Source of the DNA: a virus
Taxonomy: Duplodnaviria; Caudoviricetes
Length of the DNA stretch: 35,708 bases
Strand: one strand, 5' to 3'
Virus record (IMG/VR): IMGVR_UViG_3300042429_000698
Span: 1-35,708 of that record
The first letter of the stretch is position 1; every line of letters begins with the position of its first letter. Positions 1 to 8,699 of the stretch are shown one piece after another. The notes under the pieces are model-generated. The model made no database searches. It was not told the origin of the DNA and saw nothing but the letters and a program-made list of their open reading frames with translations. The position numbers and the translations under genes are program-made.

Positions 1-2615
1 CCTCCTGCTGCAAGTCCTGCATTTTGTGTTCCTGCACCTGCAAGTGGGCCGTATCTTGAATTTGACATTGCTCCACCTGCTGACCAAGATGTGCCGTTGT
101 ACTCTTCAGTACAAGTTTCCTTTGTATATGATGCAAAAGCAATACCTTCGTTTTGTGTTCCTGCTGCTGCCAAATAAAATTTTGAAACTGTCATTGCTCC
201 CCCTACTGACCAAGATGTACCGTTGTATTCTTCTGTGCAAGTAAGGGCTGTCCCCGCACCTGTGTCACCTCCCATAGCAAGACCTGCATTCTGTGTTCCC
301 GCTCCTGCTAATAATCTTCTTGCAGTTATCAACGCACCTCCTGCTGACCAAGATGTGCCATTGTATTCTTCTGTACATGAACAATATGCACCCCCCATAA
401 CAAGTCCTTCATTCTGCGTTCCTGCTCCTGCTAAAGCACTTCTTGCTGTTATCAACGCACCGCCTGCTGACCAAGATGTGCCATTATATTCTTCTGCACA
501 GGTTAAGGCTGCATTTATAACACCTCCTGCCGCAAGTCCTGCATTTTGTGTTCCTGCTCCTGCTAATTCTTGTCTTGCTATTATCATTGCACCACCTGCT
601 GACCATGTTGTGCCATTATATTCTTCGGTACAAGAAACTACACCTCCTGCTGTACCTCCTGCTGCAAGTCCTGCATTTTGTGTCCCTGCTCCTGTTAAAT
701 AACCTCTTGCCGTTATTAGTGCACCCCCTGCTGACCATGAACCAACACCTCCAAACCCATAGTAAGATACCATTGGTTTTCTATTAACAGAGTCAAACCA
801 CATACACATTCCTGTTTGTGCTATATAAGGTCTATCTGGATATTGTGCTGTATTATATGATGAATCTAAACTACGGTCAACGATTTCAGTTGGTGCGTTG
901 TATTCTTCAGTGCAAGTTCTAGCAACACCACCTGCTGCACCTCCTGCTGCAAGACCTGCATTTTGTGTTCCTGCTCCTGCAAGTGGGCCATACCTTGCTG
1001 TAGCTAATGCCCCTCCTACTGACCAAGATGTGCCATTGTATTCTTCAGTGCAAGACATACTCACACCCGTATACCCCCCAAAAACAAGTCCTTCATTTTG
1101 TGTCCCTGCTCCTGTTAAATACGGTCTTGCTGTTATCAATGCACCTCCTGCTGACCAACTTGTACCATTGTATTCTTCTGTGCAGGAAATAACCGTATTA
1201 TATGTACCTCCCATAGCAAGTCCTGCATTTTGTGTTCCCGCACCTGCTAATAGTTGTCTTGCGTTTATCATTACACCACCTACTGACCAAGATGTGCCAT
1301 TGTATTCTTCTGTACATAATGCAGGAGAAGGAGTTCCTCCCATAGTAAGACCTGCATTTTGCGTACCTGCTCCTGCACAAAAATATTTTCCTGTTATAAC
1401 TGCACCACCTGATGACCAACTTGTGCCATTGTATTCTTCTGTGCATAGTACTGCTACAGTTGTAAAACCACCTGCTGCAAGACCTTCGTTTTGTGTTCCT
1501 GCTCCTGCCAAAGCATATCTTGCTGTTATCATTGCACCCCCTGCTGACCAACTTGTACCATTGTATTCTTCAGTACAAGTTAATAGATTAGTCCCACCAA
1601 AAGCAAGTCCTGCATTTTGTGTTCCTGCTCCTGCTAAATAACCTCTTGCTGTTATCAAAGCACCTCCTGCTGACCATGAACCCACTAATGATGTGCTGCT
1701 CTTGTAGGAAATCATTGGTATATTGTTTGTCTTATCATACCACAAACACATTCCTGCATCAACTAAGTTAGGTCTTTCAGAATATTCTGCTGTATTATAT
1801 GATGAGTCTAAGCTACGGTCAACAATTTCTATTGGTGCGTTGTATTCTTCGGTGCAGGCTACATTATCACTTGTAAACCCTCCTGCCGCAAGTCCTGCAT
1901 TTTGCGTTCCTGCTCCTGCTAATGTATCTCTTGCCGTTATCAATGCACCCCCTGCTGACCAAGATGTGCCATTGTATTCCTCTGTATTAGATACACCAAC
2001 ACTTGTAAAACCTCCTGCCACAAGTCCTGCATTTTGTGTTCCTGCTACTGCTAAAGAGCTTCTTCCTGTTATTAACGCACCCCCTGCTGACCAAGATGTG
2101 CCGTTGTATTCTTCGGTGCAGGATAGAGATGTAGAGCCTCCTGCTACAAGTCCTTCATTCTGTGTTCCTGCCCCTGCAAAACTTCTTCTTCCCGTTATCA
2201 ATCCACCACCTGCTGACCAAGATGTACCATCATATTCTTCTGTACATGATACACCTGCATTTACATAGCCTCCTGCTGCAAGTCCTGCATTTTGCGTTCC
2301 TGCTCCTGCTAAAGCTCTTCTTGCTGTTATCAATGCACCCCCTGCTGACCATGATGTGCCATTGTATTCTTCTGTGCAAGTTACATTATCACTTGTAAAC
2401 CCTCCTGCCGCAAGTCCTGCATTTTGCGTTCCTGCTCCTGCTAAATTTCTTCTTGCTGTTATTAGTCCACCTCCTGCTGACCAAGACGCACCATTGTATT
2501 CTTCTGTGCAAGTTACATTATCACTTGTAAACCCTCCTGCCACAAGTCCTGCATTTTGCGTTCCTGCTCCTACTAATAATCTTCTTCCACTTATCAACGC
2601 ACCACCTGATGACCA
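1..2615 (-). repeat. Coding tandem repeat: 18 Kelch-like blades (123-138 nt) grouped as 3 x 6, with a 939-nt super-period
   Basis: Trp codons (cca on +) start at 2613, 2481, 2349, 2217, 2091, 1959 | 1674, 1548, 1416, 1287, 1155, 1023 | 735, 603, 471, 348, 210, 84. The linker EEYNAP(I/T)EIVDRSLDSSYNTA is repeated at about 1782-1850 and 841-910. Confidence 0.95.
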
Positions 2616-3320
2616 AGAACCTACTAATGATGTGTTAATACAATAAGAAACCATTGGCATCTTACTTGTGGTGTCAAACCAAATACACATTTTATCCGCA
2701 TCTATTGGTGCTGGTCTTGATTCTGACGATGTTATTAATGCACTTGTTCCAGATGAACCACTTCCACCAGTTACTCCACTACTACCACTACTTCCACTTG
2801 TACCCGAACTACCAGATGAACCACTTGCACCCGTGTTACCACTTGTTCCTGATGAACCGCTTGCTCCTGAACTACCCGTTCCCCCACTTGTGCCTGATGA
2901 ACCACTACTCCCACTTGTGCCAGAACTTCCTGATGAACCACTTGTCCCATTTTGACCAGCAAGTACACTAAATGATAATGAACTACTACCAATTGTTATA
3001 TTGCCACTTGTGGTTAAATAAAATGTTTTACCAGAATAAGTTAATCCTGATAGTACCAAAACTTCAATCCCAGCATAAACATCTTCATTAATATTCATAT
3101 CATAATCACGAACCAAAGATGAACTTTCAACTCTATATATACCGTTATCTTGTTGTAGTGATTGATTCCAAACCAATATTCTATCGCCATAACTAACAGA
3201 AATACCATCAATACTTATTGGTAATGATGATAATGATACATCTAACGTTGTTGCAACTTTACATGGGCGTTTTTTTGTTACAGAAATATTCTGCCCATAT
3301 AAATCAATTCTTGTTGGCAT
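1..3320 (-). CDS. Tail fibre / receptor-binding protein, 3'-truncated by the window edge: N-terminal fibre anchor domain, Gly-X-Ser tract, then at least three six-bladed Kelch-like beta-propellers
   Basis: Not in the ORF track because it has no stop inside the window. Manual translation from ATG at 3320: MPTRIDLYGQNISVTKKRPCKVATTLDVSLSSLPISIDGISVSYGDRILVWNQSLQQDNGIYRV (VATT..IDG..GDRILV.NQ..NGIY phage fibre N-terminal motif), then GTSGSSG repeats, then 18 repeats of consensus WSAGGALITARxxLAGAGTQNAGLAAGGx(4-9)CTEEYNGTS. One frame through to position 3 (at least 1106 codons). The plus-strand ORFs at 223, 898, 1723, 2356 and 2668 are same-phase antisense shadows. Confidence 0.9.
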   Translation of the reverse strand, partial: MPTRIDLYGQNISVTKKRPCKVATTLDVSLSSLPISIDGISVSYGDRILVWNQSLQQDNGIYRVESSSLVRDYDMNINEDVYAGIEVLVLSGLTYSGKTFYLTTSGNITIGSSSLSFSVLAGQNGTSGSSGSSGTSGSSGSSGTSGGTGSSGASGSSGTSGNTGASGSSGSSGTSGSSGSSGVTGGSGSSGTSALITSSESRPAPIDADKMCIWFDTTSKMPMVSYCINTSLVGSWSSGGALISGRRLLVGAGTQNAGLVAGGFTSDNVTCTEEYNGASWSAGGGLITARRNLAGAGTQNAGLAAGGFTSDNVTCTEEYNGTSWSAGGALITARRALAGAGTQNAGLAAGGYVNAGVSCTEEYDGTSWSAGGGLITGRRSFAGAGTQNEGLVAGGSTSLSCTEEYNGTSWSAGGALITGRSSLAVAGTQNAGLVAGGFTSVGVSNTEEYNGTSWSAGGALITARDTLAGAGTQNAGLAAGGFTSDNVACTEEYNAPIEIVDRSLDSSYNTAEYSERPNLVDAGMCLWYDKTNNIPMISYKSSTSLVGSWSAGGALITARGYLAGAGTQNAGLAFGGTNLLTCTEEYNGTSWSAGGAMITARYALAGAGTQNEGLAAGGFTTVAVLCTEEYNGTSWSSGGAVITGKYFCAGAGTQNAGLTMGGTPSPALCTEEYNGTSWSVGGVMINARQLLAGAGTQNAGLAMGGTYNTVISCTEEYNGTSWSAGGALITARPYLTGAGTQNEGLVFGGYTGVSMSCTEEYNGTSWSVGGALATARYGPLAGAGTQNAGLAAGGAAGGVARTCTEEYNAPTEIVDRSLDSSYNTAQYPDRPYIAQTGMCMWFDSVNRKPMVSYYGFGGVGSWSAGGALITARGYLTGAGTQNAGLAAGGTAGGVVSCTEEYNGTTWSAGGAMIIARQELAGAGTQNAGLAAGGVINAALTCAEEYNGTSWSAGGALITARSALAGAGTQNEGLVMGGAYCSCTEEYNGTSWSAGGALITARRLLAGAGTQNAGLAMGGDTGAGTALTCTEEYNGTSWSVGGAMTVSKFYLAAAGTQNEGIAFASYTKETCTEEYNGTSWSAGGAMSNSRYGPLAGAGTQNAGLAAG
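2742..2958 (-). repeat. Collagen-like (Gly-X-Ser)n coding tract
   Basis: GTSGSSGSSGTSG... with Gly at every third residue. Confidence 0.9.
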
Positions 3321-3332
3321 ATATAATTTTTA

Positions 3333-3340
3333 TATAAATA
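3333..3340 (-). promoter_or_regulatory. TATTTATA putative phage late-promoter motif
   Basis: 12 nt upstream of ATG 3320 on the sense strand. The same octamer precedes five other genes. Confidence 0.65.
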
Positions 3341-3342
3341 GT

Positions 3343-6300
3343 TTAATTTTTTTCTAATGCTTTTAATCTTGATTCCATATTGGTTATTAATTGTTTTTGC
3401 TCTTGTATTAATTGGTTTTGCTCTTGTATTGATTTTATTAACAATGGTACAAATTGGTCGTATCTTAAACCTTTTATATCAGTTTCTGTATCATGGATGA
3501 ATCCACCAAAATCTTTACCATCTAATAAGGTTTCAACTTCTTGAGCAATTAAACCATAATGTGTTCTTATACCTTCTCTTGGTGTAATAACTTGTTTAGA
3601 TTCTTCTTCACCATTCTCATTTATTATTGTTTCACTTGTTACTACATTTTGACCAACCTTCCATTTAAATGATACAGGTCTTAATTTATTTATAAAATCT
3701 AAACCTAAATCGGAATCAACAATATCTTTCTTTTCTCTTTCATCAGATGTTTGTATTGTTCCAGTTGCCGCCCATACTGCTGACCACCTTATACCACTAG
3801 CACCTAATGAATATGCATTATCTGTACCTGGTTGAGTGTTACCCCCACTTGTTATTCGCATTCTTTCTGCTAAACCATTTGGGTAGTTTGATGTAGCAAA
3901 AATCATATTAAATCCATAATCAGCATTAGTTGCGTTAACTTTACTTGCTTTAATATATCCAGCTTCAGTTATATCACCTACAGTTCTATAATTCCCACTT
4001 AAAGATAATTTACCACCTACTCCTTGAGCATATACTGTATTATCTTCTATATTTATTGTTCCCGATAAACCTTGTACAGTTAATAATTGTCCTGGACTCG
4101 AAGTTCCAATACCTACAAATCCATTATTACCAATACGCATTCTTTCCAAAAGATTAGTAGCAGACATTGTATAAAAAGCTAAAGCACCATAAGCACTTGA
4201 ACTTATCGCATCTGTAAAAGCAGCTATTCTTGCATTCTCCCAAATATTAGAACTTAATGATATTTTGGTTTTAAATGATATACCGACACTATTACCTTCA
4301 CCACTATTTGTTTGCAATCCTAAACCTAAAGCAGCCGTATATGAAGAAGGGGATACAGTAACATCTAATTTACCATAATCATTTTGTGTACTTCCAATTA
4401 ACACATTGCCAAAGCTTGTGATACGCATAGCCTCACTTCCAGCACCTCCGTTTCCAGTAAATGTTAAAGGGAAACCTCTTAAACTTAATCCTTGTGATGC
4501 GGTACCAGCAGCGTTTGTTCCTATAATTGTTGCAACACTTGAACTTTCTGTAAGTAAAATTGCACTTGAACTATTAGCAACTTGAAGTTTTGTTTGAGGA
4601 CTTGTAGTTCCAATTCCGACGTTGCGATTTGATAATATAGTAAGTGCTGGAGTACTAAATGTACTTCCACCTGCTGTTGTTGAAGGTGTTATTTCTAAAG
4701 CATTATCTACATTCTGTTGAGATGCAATCATAAAGTTGTACTTGGTAGTACCACCTGTAAAATATAATATTTTACCACCACCATCAGTACCTAATATTGA
4801 TAATAAATTTCTTGCCGTAACACTACTACTAAATGTAGCTTCTCCTATTGAAGAAAAATTAAATATATCTCCTGCGGTTGTGTTTCCAGCATATAAACTT
4901 CCATTGCTATAAGAATTAAAATACCAACTTCTACCTGTTGTTGCCGTAGTATTATTAAGAAACAATCTTAAATTTGAAGTTGTTTTTGATATTGTTATAT
5001 CATCTCCTGCCGTTACACTACTAGAGAATGTAGCTGCTCCTGTGTTGTTTATTTGAAAATCAACAGTACCTGAAGTAACTGCACCTGCATTTCCTAAAGA
5101 TGGGTCGGTAGTTGAATCAACCGACCTTATAATTGCAAAAGTAGTATTATTAACTGCATTAGTAATCAGCCATCTTTTTGCTGCTGAAGTCCAAGAACTA
5201 TCAGCGTTAAAAATTAATTTACCATAATCTCCATATCTATTTGAAACATCATAGTAATTAGAGTACCCTTTTAATCTTGTAAGAGAAAGAGATGATTGAG
5301 TATTTGGACTACCACCTATTGTTAAATCTACACTAAACCTTCCTGTACCACTTACATCAAGTTTAAAACCACCAGTTGCAGTATTACCAATCCCAACATT
5401 TGTACCATCATCATATATAATACTATTACCAAGATTTGTTGTCCCTGTGAACTTTGGTATGTAATTACTTGTTCCACTTCCAGATATTTGACTTACTGGG
5501 CTTGTTCCAGATGTTCCACTACTACCTGATGAACCACTTGTTGCGCTAGTACCCGAACTGCCAGATGAACCACTACTTCCACTTGTCCCCAAACTACCAC
5601 TTGTACCACTAGAACCGCTTGCACCCAAACTACCACTTGTTCCAGATGAACCACTTGTTGCACTAGTACCCGAACTTCCACTTGTTCCAGATGAACCATT
5701 ATTACCTATAATAACACCACCATATATTTTTAATATACAATTGGGTGTTGGTGGCAAATTAGAACTATTTATTACTAATGTTGTACCTGATAAAATTTCA
5801 TAATCAATACTATATTGTTGTAATTGACCATTATAAAAAAACAAATGACTATTTGTTTCAACAAATGATGATATTGTAAAAGTTCTATTACTATTATTTT
5901 GTGTTCCAGATATTGATAATTCAGTTAAAGGTGATGCACTAGTTCCACTACTACCACTTGTCCCACTTGTACTTGATGTACCACTACTACCACTTACCCC
6001 CGAACTACCTGATGTACCATTAACACCAATAACTATACCCCCAAATACCTTTAATATATAATTATTTGTTGGTGCACGATTCACTGAACTAATTGTTAAC
6101 TGATTTCCAGATATTGTATAATCAACACCATAATCTTGCAATTGTCCATTTATGAAAAATAAATGTGCCCCTTCATCAACTAATGAATCTAATGTATAAA
6201 CTCTATTTGCCCCATCTTTGGCACCAGTTACACCAACTTCAGTTATTGGTGTAGGGCTAACCCCACTTGTTCCTGAACTACCTGACGCACCAGAACTGCC

Positions 6301-8625
6301 TGTACCACCACTTGTTCCTGAACTACCTGATGTACCATCTGTTCCACTTGTTCCTGAACTACCTGACGCACCAGAACTGCCTGTACCACCGCTTGTACCA
6401 GATGAACCACTACTCCCACTTGTACCAGAACTTCCAGACGCACCAGAACTTCCAGTGCCACCACTACTGCCTGATGTCCCACTCGTACCAGACGAACCAG
6501 CAATCGCACCAACTGATGTTAATACAAATGAATAATATGATGTACCTTCTGTATAATATTTAATATTATGATTTGTGCTATCTAAATTACTAACATATAT
6601 CCTGACAATCATTCTATTTGTTGGGTCAATAGTTGTTGTTGGTAATACCAAATCCAAATTTGTTTCAATGGGAGTTACAGAATCGACCCAACCAATTAAT
6701 GCTGTATTTGTTGGTATTGATGGGCCAATTGTCCCACCTGAAAAATTGGTTAATTGAATTTGAGCATATGTTTCTAAATGATCATTACTTGCTGGTTTTA
6801 AGAAGTGTAAATGGAATCTTTGCGTACCCCCAGGTATAACAGCAAATCCCAATTGTGGTGTAATATAATCAGAAATTAGTATATTATTTGTATTACCATT
6901 AATTAATGTTGTTATAATTGTTTGTGCCGCACCTGATGGTTCTACTGATAAAACTTTAAACCCACTAACATCTGAATTCTGACTTTCATTTAAATAATAT
7001 GATTGACCTGCTGATATACCACTCACTCCACTTGAGCCTGCTGTACCGCTACTACCACTTGTCCCCGAACTACCAGATGTACCACTACTTCCACTTGTCC
7101 CCGAACTACCACTTGTTCCCTCTGTACCACTTGTACCTGTTGTACCGCTACTTCCACTTGTCCCCGAACTACCACTTGTTCCATCCGTTCCACTTGTTCC
7201 TGAACTACCTGATGTACCCTCTGTACCGCTTGTTCCTGACGAACCAGAACTTCCGCTTGAGCCTGATGAACCAGAACTACCACTTGTCCCCGAACTGCCT
7301 GACGTACCCTCTGTACCACTCGTTCCCGAACTGCCTGACGTACCCTCTGTACCGCTTGTTCCTGACGAACCAGAACTTCCGCTTGTTCCTGACGAACCAC
7401 TACTTCCACTTGTCCCCGAACTACCTGACGTACCTTCTGTACCGCTTGTTCCAGAACTACCTGATGACCCCGAACTACCGCTAGTGCCACTAATAAATGT
7501 CACACTATTATATAATTTTAAAATATCTGTACTTATTGGTGGTGATAAATAATTAATTAAAGTAATTTCATCGCCATCAATAGTATAATCTTCATTATAA
7601 TTCATCAACACACCATTTATAAAAAATAAATGATTCAACTCATTAATAATTGTCGATGCTGTGTATGTAATATTTATACCATTCTTATCCCCAACCAAAC
7701 TAATTTCTGCTAAAGGCGTGCCACTTGTTCCTGATGAACCACTTGCACCTGAACTACCCGTTCCCCCACTTGTACCTGATGTACCACTGCTACCTGTTTG
7801 ACCTGAACTACCTTGACCTCCACTTGTACCTGATGTGCCACTGCTACCAGTTTCTCCAGAACTACCTTGTCCACCACTTGTGCCTGAACTCCCAGAACTA
7901 CCACTCGTACCATCCGTTCCGCTTGTGCCAGAACTTCCACTCGTACCATTTACACCACTTGTTCCACTTGTCCCTGACGACCCAGTTGCACCACTTACAT
8001 TAACGCTAAAACCCGATATTGAAATAGTGTTACCTGAATTATCATAAAGATATAACATAGTTGTCCCTGAATTATATGTTCCACCTGTTACATATACTTC
8101 AGGATTAAACTCAATCCAATTTGCATTACCTCTTGTTACACCAGATATACCTTCAATTGTTGACCCAGTCCAAGCGTTCAATAATAATTTACCCTCATTA
8201 GTATTATCCAAACATTGATACCCAAAATCAATGTTAATTACCGAACCAACATTTAATGCATCATTAAATAATGTTTCATAATTTGGTATTTGATATTGAT
8301 ATGTTTTATTATTTTCATAAACGTATGCAACCATTCCAAGTTTTCTTCTACCAGAAGAAATACCATCAGAATATAAATTTATAACGTTTGGTGCGCCATT
8401 TGGCGTATTATAACTAAAATCAATTGGAATTGTGTTGGCTGAATATAAAATTGTTCCAGTCGCACCAGTTGGTATTGTGAAATTTAAATCACTTAATGAA
8501 AAAACATCATAAAACCCCCCAACTTGGAATGAACTAAAATTGGATCCTGTATTTGACTCTAGTGGGACACTATTTGGTCCAGCTAATACAACAGAAGATT
8601 TTGGATTTTTATAATTAAAACTCAT
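3343..8625 (-). CDS. Long tail fibre with collagen-like Gly-X-Ser tracts and C-terminal peptidase S74 intramolecular chaperone
   Basis: C-terminus SDEREKKDI..LDFINKLRPVSFKWK..HYGLIAQEVE..LRYDQFVPLLIKSIQE..RLKALE matches the S74 chaperone plus coiled coil. Also ERMRI/GNVGIGTTSP-type fibre repeats, five GXS tracts, and three copies of a ~70-aa HLFF(I/Y)NG..DY domain. Confidence 0.9.
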   Translation of the reverse strand: MSFNYKNPKSSVVLAGPNSVPLESNTGSNFSSFQVGGFYDVFSLSDLNFTIPTGATGTILYSANTIPIDFSYNTPNGAPNVINLYSDGISSGRRKLGMVAYVYENNKTYQYQIPNYETLFNDALNVGSVINIDFGYQCLDNTNEGKLLLNAWTGSTIEGISGVTRGNANWIEFNPEVYVTGGTYNSGTTMLYLYDNSGNTISISGFSVNVSGATGSSGTSGTSGVNGTSGSSGTSGTDGTSGSSGSSGTSGGQGSSGETGSSGTSGTSGGQGSSGQTGSSGTSGTSGGTGSSGASGSSGTSGTPLAEISLVGDKNGINITYTASTIINELNHLFFINGVLMNYNEDYTIDGDEITLINYLSPPISTDILKLYNSVTFISGTSGSSGSSGSSGTSGTEGTSGSSGTSGSSGSSGTSGSSGSSGTSGTEGTSGSSGTSGTEGTSGSSGTSGSSGSSGSSGSSGSSGTSGTEGTSGSSGTSGTDGTSGSSGTSGSSGTTGTSGTEGTSGSSGTSGSSGTSGSSGTSGSSGTAGSSGVSGISAGQSYYLNESQNSDVSGFKVLSVEPSGAAQTIITTLINGNTNNILISDYITPQLGFAVIPGGTQRFHLHFLKPASNDHLETYAQIQLTNFSGGTIGPSIPTNTALIGWVDSVTPIETNLDLVLPTTTIDPTNRMIVRIYVSNLDSTNHNIKYYTEGTSYYSFVLTSVGAIAGSSGTSGTSGSSGGTGSSGASGSSGTSGSSGSSGTSGGTGSSGASGSSGTSGTDGTSGSSGTSGGTGSSGASGSSGTSGVSPTPITEVGVTGAKDGANRVYTLDSLVDEGAHLFFINGQLQDYGVDYTISGNQLTISSVNRAPTNNYILKVFGGIVIGVNGTSGSSGVSGSSGTSSTSGTSGSSGTSASPLTELSISGTQNNSNRTFTISSFVETNSHLFFYNGQLQQYSIDYEILSGTTLVINSSNLPPTPNCILKIYGGVIIGNNGSSGTSGSSGTSATSGSSGTSGSLGASGSSGTSGSLGTSGSSGSSGSSGTSATSGSSGSSGTSGTSPVSQISGSGTSNYIPKFTGTTNLGNSIIYDDGTNVGIGNTATGGFKLDVSGTGRFSVDLTIGGSPNTQSSLSLTRLKGYSNYYDVSNRYGDYGKLIFNADSSWTSAAKRWLITNAVNNTTFAIIRSVDSTTDPSLGNAGAVTSGTVDFQINNTGAATFSSSVTAGDDITISKTTSNLRLFLNNTTATTGRSWYFNSYSNGSLYAGNTTAGDIFNFSSIGEATFSSSVTARNLLSILGTDGGGKILYFTGGTTKYNFMIASQQNVDNALEITPSTTAGGSTFSTPALTILSNRNVGIGTTSPQTKLQVANSSSAILLTESSSVATIIGTNAAGTASQGLSLRGFPLTFTGNGGAGSEAMRITSFGNVLIGSTQNDYGKLDVTVSPSSYTAALGLGLQTNSGEGNSVGISFKTKISLSSNIWENARIAAFTDAISSSAYGALAFYTMSATNLLERMRIGNNGFVGIGTSSPGQLLTVQGLSGTINIEDNTVYAQGVGGKLSLSGNYRTVGDITEAGYIKASKVNATNADYGFNMIFATSNYPNGLAERMRITSGGNTQPGTDNAYSLGASGIRWSAVWAATGTIQTSDEREKKDIVDSDLGLDFINKLRPVSFKWKVGQNVVTSETIINENGEEESKQVITPREGIRTHYGLIAQEVETLLDGKDFGGFIHDTETDIKGLRYDQFVPLLIKSIQEQNQLIQEQKQLITNMESRLKALEKN
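5500..7995 (-). repeat. Five (Gly-X-Ser)n tracts (about 7725-7995, 7015-7490, 6262-6500, 5938-6020, 5500-5700) separating globular domains
   Basis: Visible in the translation. Includes an exact 47-nt direct repeat at 6263-6309 and 6344-6390. Confidence 0.9.
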
Positions 8626-8643
8626 TAATTAACTTATTATTTA

Positions 8644-8651
8644 TATAAATA
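8644..8651 (-). promoter_or_regulatory. TATTTATA putative late-promoter motif, inside the perfect palindrome tatttatataaata (8638-8651)
   Basis: 18 nt upstream of ATG 8625. Confidence 0.65.
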
Positions 8652-8699
8652 TACAAAATCTATTTTTTACATTCATTAATATTATATGTAGTTCACATT

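Noticed and set aside
1-2615. CRISPR-like appearance (constant repeats with variable inserts)
   Set aside because: Units are multiples of 3 nt, vary at synonymous sites and encode a continuous protein. The variable parts are too short for spacers and there are no cas genes.
1-2615. DGR template/variable repeat pair among the Kelch blades
   Set aside because: Differences include indels and all four bases rather than adenine-only changes. All copies are coding and no reverse transcriptase is in the window.
26-2992. Numerous plus-strand ORFs (MYSSVQ...FCVPAPA repeats) and short off-frame minus ORFs
   Set aside because: Antisense or off-frame shadows of the repetitive minus-strand Kelch/GXS gene. 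They are broken by stops while the minus frame stays open.
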